DNA of 64,000 bases from Enoplolaimus lenunculus. Its lineage: Eukaryota. A model generated the notes under the pieces. The model was given only the letters and a program-made list of their open reading frames with translations, was not told where the DNA came from and made no database searches. Below are positions 27,801 to 39,186 of this stretch, piece by piece; the stretch's first letter is position 1, and each line of letters begins with the position of its first letter. Location of the stretch: the NCBI GenBank assembly GCA_030248215.1, contig JASANG010001107.1:248001-312000 (forward strand), given 5' to 3'. The position numbers and the translations under genes were made by a program.

Positions 27801-30800
27801 TATAAGCCGTTTTTGTGCCCAGTTTTAACAAATTATCGTGAATGCTGCATTAATTATAAATGGCTACGCACCTAAAATGTCTTCCCCATACTACTTGAAA
27901 ATTTAATAAATCAGACAAATATCCCTCACTTTGAAATTACTGCTTCGTATAGAAAATTCTAGACCTACATAAGGGGACGCTGAAAGCCAACAAGTACGAC
28001 TGTTACAACAATAATAATGAACACTGTCAGTCAAATCAGTGATTTTTCACAGACGACTTAGGATAAAAAACTGTCTATAACAGTATAAGTCAGTAGAAAA
28101 TTGTTGATGTTACATATACTTACCCTTCAACCGAGGATGCTTGACAGGCTTTGGTTCCATGGGTTTTGGTAATGGATCCAAACCTTCACGCGAAGTCAAT
28201 ACATTAAACGGAAGGTTAGCAGTCTTGTTTGGGGAACTTGCTTTAATGCTGCGAACTGCAACAGATTTACCTGAAATACTATATATACTGCTGTTGTTGT
28301 CGAATAAAGAATCAACCGCATCTAAATAGTTCGCTTCGTGTTCAGTATGACTGAGATTTCTAAAATTATTTTTACAACATACTGTTAAACAATGTAAAAC
28401 TTTATCAGTTGGTTCGCACAAGGTTTAGCCTGCCTCGCTAAACATTTTAAATTTAAAATGATTGTAGTTCCATGGTTGTTTGGGTGGAATAGTTTTCACC
28501 CACTTTCTTAAAAAACCAGCGAAACTCAAAAACCCACCAAAACCCCATCAAAACTTCCAAGTGATTTTCACAGAAAAACATTTTAAGACAAATACAAAAT
28601 TTTTGCCATTCATTTCACAGTTAAGAGTATGCCCTGGTACTACCGGACAGTTACTAGCATGTCTTCAGTATATTTATGTGTATTTTACGTAATTAAAAAC
28701 CCATTGAAATTAAAAAAACCACGTCGAATTTTGAAAAATAAACACTCCGTAATGTAACATGTGCCCATGCACAATTAAGTGCAGGTAACGTCTGCCCATT
28801 GACGTGTAATACCTTCAGACATAAATTTTCAGATTGAAAATTATTTTACATGACGAGTTTTATGACATTTGATGTATCGGCGTCATCACAATATTTTAAT
28901 TTCAAAATGTTCTGTGCTGCTTATGTTTCACAAAGAGTTCTAGTGCATATGTTATGTCCAATTTAAAGGCGGAACAGCAATTAAAGAGCATAAGATAACA
29001 GCTGAAACGGAACAGAAATCGGAACTGTTTTGGAATCGGAATTCCATTAACACCGTAGTGTAGCATATACGTTTATTGAACGAAATGACATATTGAACTG
29101 TGTATAATCAAAAATCGCTAAAACATCAAGATACCTTGACGTCCAGTTGAAGAACGCCGTGGCACATCATCTCCGGAATCAAACGCAATTCGAGAATTGC
29201 TCATGCGTTTGCGCTTTGAACCGCCGACAATCTGATCAACATTAGGATCAAATAGCGCGTTGGGATACTGCGGCAGTACTGTTAGTTTTCCGAAGTTTGT
29301 TTTGTCCTAAAACCAATAGTACTTTGTTTAGTAAATGACCATTGGGTTTTTCATTTCGGGCGTAATGCAATACGAAATATGGCATGAAAACTGACACGTT
29401 CACCTACCTTGGGCATCACTTGGACGCCAATGGAGGGACAGAGATAGCTGTCTCTGATAGAATTCAGAAGGCATGGTTAGATTCGCACTACTGGGTAAGA
29501 GGCTTCTCCATGAGACAACGGGGCTTAATCTACATCACCTATGTGCACCTTGTTCTCCTCTACTCGTGTGAAACATGGGTTATGAAAGTAATCACCTCCC
29601 GACGTCTCATCAGTGCAGAGCGGCGTATGGCGCGAATGATGAGCGGTGTCGGACTTGCTGAGCGACTGCCTTCTGTAGAGATTTTTAGCCGTCTCGGCAT
29701 TGGTAGTTCGATAATGCAAGTGATCAGGGTTAAGCAACTACGCTGGTTTGGCCACCTGCAAAGGAGTGGTGTAGACCACCCCATCAAGCAGGCGTATCAT
29801 TACGAAGTGAATGGAACGAGGGCAAGAGGACGTCCCAAACACACCTGAGATGCGACATTCAGTGTGGTTCTACGTAGCCGCCGACTAGTCCGTGACTCAT
29901 GGCGCCTCTTAATTCAGGGGCGCCCCACCAAACCCAGTAGTCTGGGAGGACGGCGGCAAAGAAGAAGATGATGACGATGAAAGTTTGACACTAAACGAAC
30001 AATTCGGATTTCACTTACAATTTGATCCATTTCGTCTTGCGTCATTTTTCGCATCACTTTTGGCGAAACGAACCTCGAAAAACCGTCATAATACAGAAGA
30101 TGAAATTTGTCTACAACAATAGCAATGTGTCTAATAAACGATAAATAAAATTAGTGATACTGGCGAACTATAATCTAAACCAGTCTACCAACTTTAGTTC
30201 TACGGCACGACAAATGTCGTGACTTACGGGTGGATGATTAGGGATCAAAACTCAACTTTGCAAATTTTGTCCAGCAGTTATTAGAAATTTTTGCAGTTAC
30301 TGAGGTCGACACAAGACCCCTCTTCGAATTCTTTATAGAACGTAACAATCTTTCCAAAATCCTGGCCACACCGTGTATAGGAATAAACGAATTCTGTTAA
30401 CTACCATCGGTTTCAAATGTTATCGGGATGTTTACCAAATCCAAACATAAAAACGCACATTACCTTCATCTACTTTTTCGAGAACTTTCGCCGGAAATCT
30501 GTTCGTCTCGGTGCCCCACTTTGCGAAGACATAGTCACCAGGTTGAAAATTCTGCGATATTAAAAAACAAAAACATAGTTTAAAAGTTATCCATCTTGCC
30601 TTGAGTTCACAACTGCGATCCATCACCAAACACAAGTATAAAAATTCATGATAAGCTTTACATGAATTGCATTTGATGAATAATCGTCCAACTTGCGAAA
30701 TAAAAATATCGATATCCAGTGCTCAAGAGCTGGTATAAGGCACTATATAGCGTTTTTGTACACACAAGCTTTTAAAATGTCGACTAGAAGATTTTGAACA

Positions 30801-33800
30801 AAACTACGCAAATCAAACATTATTACATAATGAAACCGTGCAAAAATTCAGATTCTTTTAATTAATTATATACACGTCACGGCATTTTATGCTAGTCAAT
30901 GATTATATTTATGGCGATAAATTACAGTTTAGTATTTGTCGGACTGTTGCTCGATAACAAAATATTCTGAGTTACCGTGTTTATCACTGATACAAAATAT
31001 GTTTAAACCAGTCGTATTGGGACTACATTTATTGAGCGAAGCTTGAACACACGTAAGCAATTAAGGTAATATGCTAATTAGTTATGAGCTAACTTCATTT
31101 ATCAGTTTTGGAGGTTTCTAAACAATTTTTTCAGATTCCTCGCACCGAAAAACCCTTCAGTCACCCTAATAATTATTGAAATAATTTAAAAAGTCCTAAT
31201 TTTATCTTGTCAATTAAGCTAATATGCTAATTAGCTATTAGCTCACTAGCTATTAGGTAACTATTCAAGTATCGGTTTCAGAGGTTTGTAAACAATTTAT
31301 CCAAATTCCTCGCGCATAAAAACGTTTGTAAACAGTTTATTCAGATTCCTCACACCCAAAAACCCTGTAATGCTGAAATTAGATTGCTTGTAACTGTAAT
31401 AATAATTTGTGAAATAATGTAGAATGTCCTAATTTACTAATTATGCAAATTTGCCTGTAGCTAATAAACGGCTTAAAATTTTAAAACCCTAATACGAGGT
31501 TAACACTCTAGGATAATTGGCTTTCAAACAAAAAACTTTTATCAAAATCGGTTTAGCATTTCCTGATTCTTTTCGGACGCACAGACGGACGGACGGATGG
31601 ACATCCACCTTTAAGACCCCAGAGTACAAAACATAAAACGCTTCGAGAAACTCCGAGCTTTCGTTTCCCTCAAAAATCAGCCATTTCTCTGCCAATGTTT
31701 TTCTGCCGTTTTCAACCGCACCGCGAACATTATCGAAACGGAAACCTCTCTAACATAATTGTTAAGTATCCGACCGCATCCTGCTTTTTAACATAATTAC
31801 GTTTTGCTTACCGTATCTTTTACAACTTGTTCAATTGGTTGCGTTAGCGGACGCAGCCGATGAGAACTTGCTGAAACCCATTCATCAAATTTTTTGTTCC
31901 AGTTGTCAAAATGTATCTTGATCGTACCATCATTTGTGTCGACTTCAACGATTTTTGCTGTGTACCTGAAATATGAGCAAAACCTACAAAACATTTATCA
32001 TTAAGTTTACTCAAGGACCATAACTGTAGCATTATTTAACGCGTATAGTGTTCACGAAACACTACAAAACGTCTCTACTCAATATGCCTCGCCCGCTGGC
32101 AGTCTCAGGATTTTGGGGCCGCCCCTAGACTCACCATTTTTCCGGCTCAACTCGGTCCTGTGCTTCTAGTCGCACGCCAACAGAATATTCAAAACCGCGT
32201 CCAGGAGGAAACCAATCCTCTCGCAATCTCCTGGGTCGAGTGACAACTCCGCTAGCAAATGTGGAGCGCGTTGGCAATAGTTGTGTACGGCTACGACTCA
32301 CCGTAGTTCGCTTTGAAAACGGTTCGGCAGGCGCCTGATCGACGGGCGAAGTACAACCTGTTTCAAAATCAGTGATCAAATGTTTGTCACCAACCACTGG
32401 TGTGCATTTCATTTGCCTTAAATTTTCTTCCTGTATGTCTGATGTATTTTCTTTAGAATCAACCTCAATTGAGATGCAGTCATTGAATGCCGTGGTAGCG
32501 TTGGCTTGTGTTACGTTGCCGGATTCTAACTTCGCAGTATTTTGCTTTTTCTTAGAGTCACTGCTGCCAATTGCAACCTGTTCTGTGGCGGTTATCGCAT
32601 CCCAAGAAACACTAGTTTCAACTACATCGGTTGGAGAATTTGCAGTTGTTTCTGTTTTAGTGCTCACAGGGTATGATAGTATTTTAAGATTCTTGTTTTG
32701 ATCAATATCCTCACATGACTCCATACGGTGATGAACAGTATCAGTTGGAATTCTTTCCGTTTCTCCTAAACCCACAGTGCAATCTTCGCGCGCATTGTAC
32801 ACGTCTCGTGTCTTAGAACGGACACGCACCGTCTTAAACTGCTTCTCTGTGTCAACATTAAATTGCAAATGACATCTTTCTTTGCCAGCAATCGCTATAA
32901 CTTAAACTGCGTTTGTAATGTTGAACACAATAATTAATAAAATACTGCCTATGAGCGTCCGAAAAACTGAAAATAATGTTCTATGTCACGTTTCCAATCC
33001 AGATGTTATCATGCAAATTTTAAAACAAGATTACAATGCACAAGCAGTAATTGTATGAGTGAATCAGTTTAACGCCGCTGTTCCAGAAAATTAAACAAGG
33101 CGGTACGGCCTCACAAAACGGCTTTGTAACCACTCATTTAACAGCAAGACCAACTAGTGTTTTGTTGCAACAAAAATCACTCAACCAACCTTTTCTGACA
33201 GAAGGGTTAAATCTCCGGGATATTAGCAACCCACTATTTCTTGCCTTCGAAGCGTTAGCTGTTTTATTTCCGTGTTCATGATGACGCTGTTTAACGATCA
33301 ACCTTGCGTTTCGAAGAAGTCTTGACGCAGCGACACTGGCTGTCGAACGATTCGATTTCACGCCTGAAACGAACGTGCAGACAGCACAAACTTTTAGTGT
33401 TTCAAGCGCAGTGTTATTGCACAGGCGTCAAACCTAATAGCACTGACAACACGCAACACAATAACTCACGGTTGAGCGTGCTGCGGAAAACTTAAAGATA
33501 GAAAACACAAGCACATAAATAGGTAACCAAACAGTTCATATCTCCACATAATGAAATGCAAACTAAATAAAATGACATGCTCACTTTCACGTTTCAATTG
33601 CCAACTGAAAGGGTTTGAGCTGCGGATTAAACTGTCCATTTTTTGCAATCCCTCGCTGGGAATACGTTCAACGTTTAGTCGAAAATCTTTACACATTAAC
33701 ATTTTTGATCGCGGCGAGGGTGATTTATTTGCAGAACTGTTTACTGCTGAACCACTGCGTGTTGTTGCGTCAGCCGGAGCTGGTACATCTGAAATCTCGT

Positions 33801-36800
33801 TAAGATAAAAATTACCATAAATTAATCACAAATATGAGGTAATAACATACTGAAATGTTTGCTTACAATGGACAAATGCTCGGTTAGTCACATTACATTT
33901 TTAACCAGTCCTAGCCTAAACGAAAAAACATAAGTTCAAGCATCCAACACAATAACTACCTGCACGGGCAGAAGACATCTCTGCTTTTTCTTTCGGCAAA
34001 GTTGTTGCGTTAGCAGAACGTGAGTTATTATGATTCGCTTTCGTATATGCGTGAGGTTTTGCAGAACACTGTGAATATAATTCTTTTGAAAGCATTTGTG
34101 GTCTCGGTGGTTTTTGAATGGCAGGTTTCGGCAATGGAGTCAGCTCCTGGCGATTTGAAACCACACTAACGTGCACTCGATCAACACTTGTTACTGAGCT
34201 ATCAGAAAAAATATCGGCAACTGCAGTTGTCGCAGCATTGCCTGCATTGCCTAAAACAAAATTTGAAATTAAGAACTATATTTTAACACCTCACGCATAC
34301 TGATAACTGATTAGACTTATTGCAACAATAACAGAAACATGCAAACATACATATGCATATATAATTATAAATATGGATAATTATCGTGTCGCAATTGTTG
34401 TAAGCTTGAATAACAGTATAATAGATGAAATACCACTTAAACTAGTTGAGTGAGGCTGCAATATTTTCACACTATGGCGTCTTGTCACTCGTTTGCTGTC
34501 GGAGCTGCTGCCCATATCCTCTGTATCGACACTGGACAAATCACTATCATTCAAAAAAGAGTTAAACATTGCATTTGGACGTTCTGGCAAAATGGTCAAC
34601 TGCCCAAAATTCATCTTGTCCAGTTGAGCTTCTTCAGTAGCTGTCATCTGCTTAATAACGCGCTTGTTTGTATCGCGAGAAAAGCCATCGTAATAGAGCA
34701 GATGGTATTTAGTATCGTCATATTTTTTCAGAACTTTAGCAGGATAATAGTTTGCTTCCGTGCCCCATTTCGCGAACACGAAATCTCCAACATTAAATGA
34801 CACCTGAAACTAAATCAATCCGTTTGATAACTAAATATTAGCCCACAACAAAACTAATTTTCAGTTTAAAAAGAACTCAAATACAAAGACACACTAACGC
34901 ATATACGCAAGACAGGGTGCAACCGGAATTCCGGTTCCGGTTCCGGCATTTTTTCACCTTCCGGTTCCGGTTCCGGTAAATTTTTACCGGATTTAAAAAT
35001 TCCGGTATTATAATTTGGCCGTTTTCTTAACTTTGCTGATTTTTAAGAATCTCTTTTGAAAGCCACTTGTACTCCGAATATAAGCCATTGATGGTGGATT
35101 TCACTTCAGTCGATGATGAAAATCTAAAATACAACAAATAAAATAAATACCTATGTTCGACTAAGGTTATTTCACAAATAATAGAGCAAAAAATAAGATT
35201 AAAATGAAATTTTTGGTGAAATGCATTTTTCACTTTCCGGTTCCGGTTCCGGTAAAATTTTCAAATTCCGGTTCCGGTAAATTGTAATTCCGGTTGCACC
35301 CTGACGCAAGATGATAAGACCGCTTTTATCACACATTTTCCGAATCTTGTGATTCATAGACGGTAACGAAAAGCGAAGCTCAGACATACTCACTTTTAAT
35401 CAGTTTAGTTAACATTCTAAACTTATAAAGCAACAACGGATAGTTTGACCCACTTACTTTCCAATTAATCTAGTATGCAATTTAGTTATTAGCTAACTAA
35501 CTGATCCGATTTGAAGGGTTACAATCATCTTATTCAAATTTCTAACACAGTCTTAATTTAGGCGTAACTATATTAAGCTAATATGCAAATTAGCTATTAG
35601 CTAACTATTCAATTATCGGTTTTGAAGGTCTGTAAACAATTTATTGCGACTGCTCACACCCAAAATCCCTTCAGTAACCCTAATAATCAGTGAAATAATT
35701 TAAAAAGTCCTACTTTAGGCTTATTAATTAAACTAATAGGCAAATTAAATATTAGCTAACTATTCAATTATCAGTTTTAAGCTAACATACAAAGTATCTA
35801 TTAACTAACTATTCGATGATCGATTTTGGAGAATTATGAAGAATTTAACTGAAATTAGATTGATTGTAACTTTAATAATTAGTGAAATACAGTACAAATT
35901 ACTAATTATGGCTTAACCAATTATGCAAATTAGCGTGTAGCTAATAAACGGCTTAAAATTTTAAAACCCCAACGCGAGCTTAACACCCCAAGATAATAAG
36001 CTTTCAAACAAAAAAAGTTTATCAAAATCGGTTCAGCGGTTCCTGACATTGTTTTCGGACTTAGAGGCGGACCGACAGACGGATAGACATCAACGTTTCA
36101 ACCCTCGAGTACAAGGTACAAAACACTGCACGAAATTCAGATTCGCTTCGCTCAGTAACACACTGATGCAACTGTGCGTTGCTCAGGATTTACAATAACC
36201 AAATATTACGTATATTACATGCTTTTCCTTCTGTTTTGCTTGTTCAATTGCGTCATAAACGCTTTTAGGTAGCGATCGCAGTCGTTCTGAAGAAGCTGGC
36301 AGCCATTCGTCAAATTTTTTGTTCCAATAATCATAATGGATTTTTAAACGACCTGCATCAATGTCGACATTAACGATACGAGCTGCATACCTATAAGCAT
36401 CCATATATACATAAAATATCTTAAAGCTTATAACTTGAAGGTAAATGCAGACGGTCTGATTAATTTCGATTAGCAAGCCTTTTTCGCAGTAACAACTATT
36501 ACTGTAGTAAACAACATCGCAATAAATTGAATTAAAATCCTCAAAAAAAAGAAAATCGCAAATATAACATATAAATATTCATGCAGTACCGGATACATAC
36601 CATTTTTTAGTCAATTGATCAAAAGCTTCAAGCCTTGCTCCAACTTCATAATCGAAACCTCGATTTGTCGGAAAGAGATCGCTTCTAAGCCGTTTACCTC
36701 GAGTAGCAGCAATACTACTTACGACCGCGCGTTGACGAACACTCGATGTTAAAGCGTGCGACTTGCAACTCAATTTTGCAGAACGAGATTCCGGCAAAAG

Positions 36801-39186
36801 TACTGTATCTGAGCTTAATTCTGCAGAATTTGGTGCAACAGAACCGGTATCACTTGTCGCAATCGACGAAGTTCGCGAACGCTGCGAATGTCTACGTCTC
36901 CGTCCAGATAACTCACTGTCACCACCAGAAATCGAAAAAGAACCATTTGGACTATACTTCGATGCCCTAAAACTAGGTTTTTAATCAGATAGCAAATTCA
37001 ACTTCTCTACGGTTTACCTCCTTAACATATATAACTCAACAATGTTCGGGATAGATACCAGATGGACTCACAAAATATCAGCATTGGCAGTTAAACATTA
37101 CAATTTTATGTTTTATATATATTTTTGTGCTAGCTTTTGCTATACAATATTCACATATGGAATCATTTGACGTAATTTTTGGGGATACATAAATGCTCCC
37201 AGCAGTGGTGTATAGTTGAGCGCGGAAAACCCGCTCTATTTTCGGGGGAACCGTCCTCATAACTTGCGCTAGGTTGAAAACAAAAAGCACCTGTTTTTGA
37301 AATGGGTTGCCACAACTATTTCAGACATATTTGTATTTAAATGTATTCCAGGTACCGTAAAAAAGTAAATCAGTATTTTCAGTGATAAACCAGCTGCAAT
37401 CAAAGCATTAAACAACTGTTTTGTATGTAACAAGACTGTATATGTTTGAAAAAGAACCAAGTTTACAACGAGGTCACGTTGATTTGATTCCGAGAACAAT
37501 AGCAATGTATCAAGAACTCAACATTCAGATAGGCTGGCCAGTGTGCGACCGGATATCCGGTTCCGGTGTAATCTCCGGCAAAACGGATATCCGTATCCGG
37601 CTCCGGTATCCGGTAAAACCTACCGGATACCTAAATAATTTCAGTTTATTCACAGCAATTATCAACTTATTATATAACAGACGAAATATTTGAGCACGCT
37701 AAAAATACAGCGAACGTTCCGGTAAGAAATTTAATATCCGTATCCGATTCCAGTATCCGGCAAATCATTATCCGGTCGCACCCTGAGATTGCCAGAACGG
37801 TATCGACGAAACCATTATACGAACTAGAACCACATTCGACTGTGAGTCAAAACTTCAAGATAGCGTTATGCGGAATTGGGTACGTCGTTCATCATGCAGA
37901 GATGTCACGATCTTTCTGCGTTTATACAACAGAAAATGGAAACCTTATCTATAGAATCTGAACAAATCTTAGGACGACTACTCCCTCGACCATATGTTTT
38001 TTCGTGGGATGTAATGAAATGTTGTGGCATGATAACACGGCTTCCCTTTTCCACGAACACTAGTGGAAATTTTACCGCCCAGGTGATATCACCGTGCGTG
38101 TCCCGCTTGAGCCTTACCGAAAACGTAGAACAGCATATTTCGTCGTCGTCCGCTATGACTCCGTCATTTTAAGTACGTAATGTGTGTTTACACATGCAGA
38201 CTGAGGGTTTTGATAATTTTTCAGAAAGTTTCAAAATTATGAAAATTTACATGCTCAACAAGATAGGGCTTCACAGTTGGATAATCGTAAAATCATTACG
38301 TAGTTTTCTAGTAGAAACCAACCAAATGCTTTTACGACTGTTTGCCAGTAATTGCAGATGTAACAAGGGACTGCAGTGAAATTTGCCACTGTAGTCTGCA
38401 CACTCTTTTATCTACCTTCCTCCCAATATCTATCAGTCTCTGGCTTCTCCACAGGCGAATTTTTTTCAGGGAACACGAGTGTAAAACTAAGCATAAGGCA
38501 TCCATGTCGTAATGTAATAAAATAAATCACTTTGGGAAACTTGAGCGTTCAATTAAAACAGTCAGTGTTTAGGGAAGTAAGCAAGTACCCAATTTTAAGT
38601 TGTGCATTAACTGCCCATAGCCGAATTTTTAAGGGCTCAAAACGGAATCGTGCGTAAAAAGTATAATATGAATACATATCAAACTTTTCACAAAAATCAA
38701 GTTCCCTACTTTCATTCCCCCGAAGGAGAATCGATCAATATATTTTGGATAGCTATGAAAAACGACCACCCAAACCTGGAGGTTCGCTACTGTAGGGCTT
38801 TTCCCTTGCTGTAACCACCATCAAACTCAATCTGCGCCGGTCTAAGCAGCCCCGTCCAGTTTTTGTCGATCGGTTTGTAATTTTTCAGTTGCAATATAAT
38901 AGATAAACATGTACAGTTACATGTTATATGCGGCCGATCAGGCATGGTTTGGTTAAACAAGATGTTTTCTTACAACAGTAATTTTTTTCGAAAAATTTAA
39001 CCCACTCATGAGTTCAATTTGTTTCAAGGCCCCCACTCCATCGAACCAAAGGAATGTCCAGTAGACTGTCACTAAAATTTAAGCCAAAATATTAACATAC
39101 CTTGCCCGCGTGACACGCAACGACTGCGCGCCCGCAATCTCATTTTCGCCATTATCTTCGTTTTTACAGACAAGTTCTGGATTCAT
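12892..39186 (-). CDS. PHF20-like: PHF20/PHF20L1/MBD-R2-like chromatin reader, ~31 exons, ~2,230 aa. Exons in transcript order: 39101-39186, 36601-36966, 36219-36390, 34434-34803, 33960-34250, 33585-33788, 33190-33363, 32135-32894, 31812-31965, 30464-30551, 30019-30110, 29135-29306, 28124-28321, 27121-27573, 25107-25247, 24861-24954, 24232-24404, 23831-23911, 23019-23110, 22042-22183, 21495-21680, 20720-20968, 20342-20439, 19846-20011, 19280-19465, 17638-18318, 17007-17227, 15894-15996, 15143-15371, 13295-13440, 12892-13019
   Basis: PHF20-family motifs: RGFDYEVGARLEAFD..KWYAARIV..IHYDYWNKKFDEW (MBT/Tudor1), FNVGDFVFAKWG..YYPAKV..YYDGF (Tudor2), YRCPEAGCSREFR..LERHLKYYH (C2H2), IIRCVCEDSDDEGFMVQCDECSSWLHGDC..FVCFMCKNPPG (PHD). 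All junctions are GT-AG and phase-compatible, and the summed exon length (6696 nt) is divisible by 3. The first exon and a few low-complexity exon ends are less certain. Confidence 0.85.
13683..15052 (+). mobile_element. Helentron/DINE-1-like non-autonomous element (copy 1), interrupted by a Tc1/mariner MITE
   Basis: 5' ttgagcgaa motif, internal gctaatatgcaaattagc blocks, (c/g)gacagac microsatellite and a 3' aaaacgcttcgcgaaac end. Similar to 31028-31676 and 35369-36158. Confidence 0.55.
13933..14479. mobile_element. Tc1/mariner-type MITE
   Basis: TA | CAGTCACGGACAGAATTAAGTGC ... GCACTTAATTCTGTCCGTGATTG | TA, with internal gcggtt/aaccgc repeats. Confidence 0.85.
15894..17060 (-). other. PHD finger of the PHF20-like gene (split over two exons)
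   Basis: C4HC3 pattern: RCVC..VQ|CDEC..WLHGDC..VCFMC. Confidence 0.9.
18403..18801. mobile_element. hAT-type MITE (CCGATT subterminal repeats)
   Basis: ctgggtgcaaacgg ... attacaccctg ends with an 8-bp TSD ATTTTAAG on both sides. Confidence 0.8.
19280..20439 (-). other. Zn-finger module copy B of the PHF20-like gene: TTF-like finger + C2H2
   Basis: GREFWLKLENDRLFCM|ACRHSG..WINEGVD..VFHEFRYYHQRA, then YRCPEAGCSREFR..HLKYYH. Confidence 0.75.
21495..23110 (-). other. Zn-finger module copy A of the PHF20-like gene: TTF-like finger + C2H2
   Basis: GREDWLLLENNKLFCK|ACARSG..WIKGGVD..VQHEQKFYHKKA, then HLCSEVGCTRRFRSRALLEQHLRHFH. Confidence 0.75.
25504..26620 (-). mobile_element. Decayed, internally deleted non-LTR retrotransposon (APE endonuclease + RT remnants; LOA/R1-like)
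   Basis: Frameshifted remnants: DITLT..NWRVSEEESCSDHRYIKF (endonuclease end), FIPKPG, GKSTLTALH and EVKYLGVIFDSKLT (RT). Lies in an intron of the PHF20-like gene. Confidence 0.8.
29384..29980 (+). mobile_element. 5'-truncated RTE-clade LINE fragment
   Basis: FTYLG..IAVSDRIQKAW..LLYSCETW..QLRWFGHLQR..RARGRPK is a typical RTE RT C-terminus. It is followed by a short GAA/GAT microsatellite tail (gaagaagatgatgacgatga). Intronic and antisense to the host gene. Confidence 0.85.
31028..31676 (+). mobile_element. Helentron/DINE-1-like element (copy 2)
   Basis: Starts tttattgagcgaagct, contains aaaatcggtttagc and acagacggacggacgga, and its 3' end resembles copy 1. Confidence 0.6.
34913..35303. mobile_element. 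hAT-type MITE (CAGGGTGCAACCGG family)
   Basis: Perfect TIRs cagggtgcaaccggaatt / aattccggttgcaccctg, CCGGTT repeats, and an 8-bp TSD ACGCAAGA. Confidence 0.9.
35369..36158 (+). mobile_element. Helentron/DINE-1-like element (copy 3)
   Basis: aagcgaagctc start, gcttcgctcagta subterminal inverted motif at the end, aaaatcggttcagcggtt and gacagacgga blocks. Confidence 0.6.
37539..37785. mobile_element. hAT-type MITE (older copy)
   Basis: cagtgtgcgaccggata ... tatccggtcgcaccctg TIRs. The TSD is degenerate. Confidence 0.7.

Larger units (their letters stand above)
29135..32230 (-). other. MBT/Tudor1-Tudor2 cassette, copy 2
   Basis: RGFEYSVGVRLEAQD..EKW|YTAKIV..IHFDNWNKKFDEW; FQPGDYVFAKWG..RFPAKV..D|KFHLLYYDGF..; DKTNFGKLTVLP. 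Confidence 0.88.
34434..36700 (-). other. MBT/Tudor1-Tudor2 cassette, copy 1
   Basis: RGFDYEVGARLEAFD..KKW|YAARIV..IHYDYWNKKFDEW; FNVGDFVFAKWG..YYPAKV..YHLLYYDGF..DKMNFGQLTILP. Confidence 0.9.

Noticed and set aside
32131..32868. 245-aa ORF as the start of a separate paralogous gene
   Set aside because: It starts at TTG, not ATG. A phase-1 acceptor at 32894 links it to the upstream exons.
37069..38170. Possible extra exons in intron 1 of the PHF20-like gene (phase-2 acceptor near 37269; open stretches near 37900-38170)
   Set aside because: No phase-compatible donor before an in-frame stop was found, and exon 1 splices cleanly to 36966 without them.
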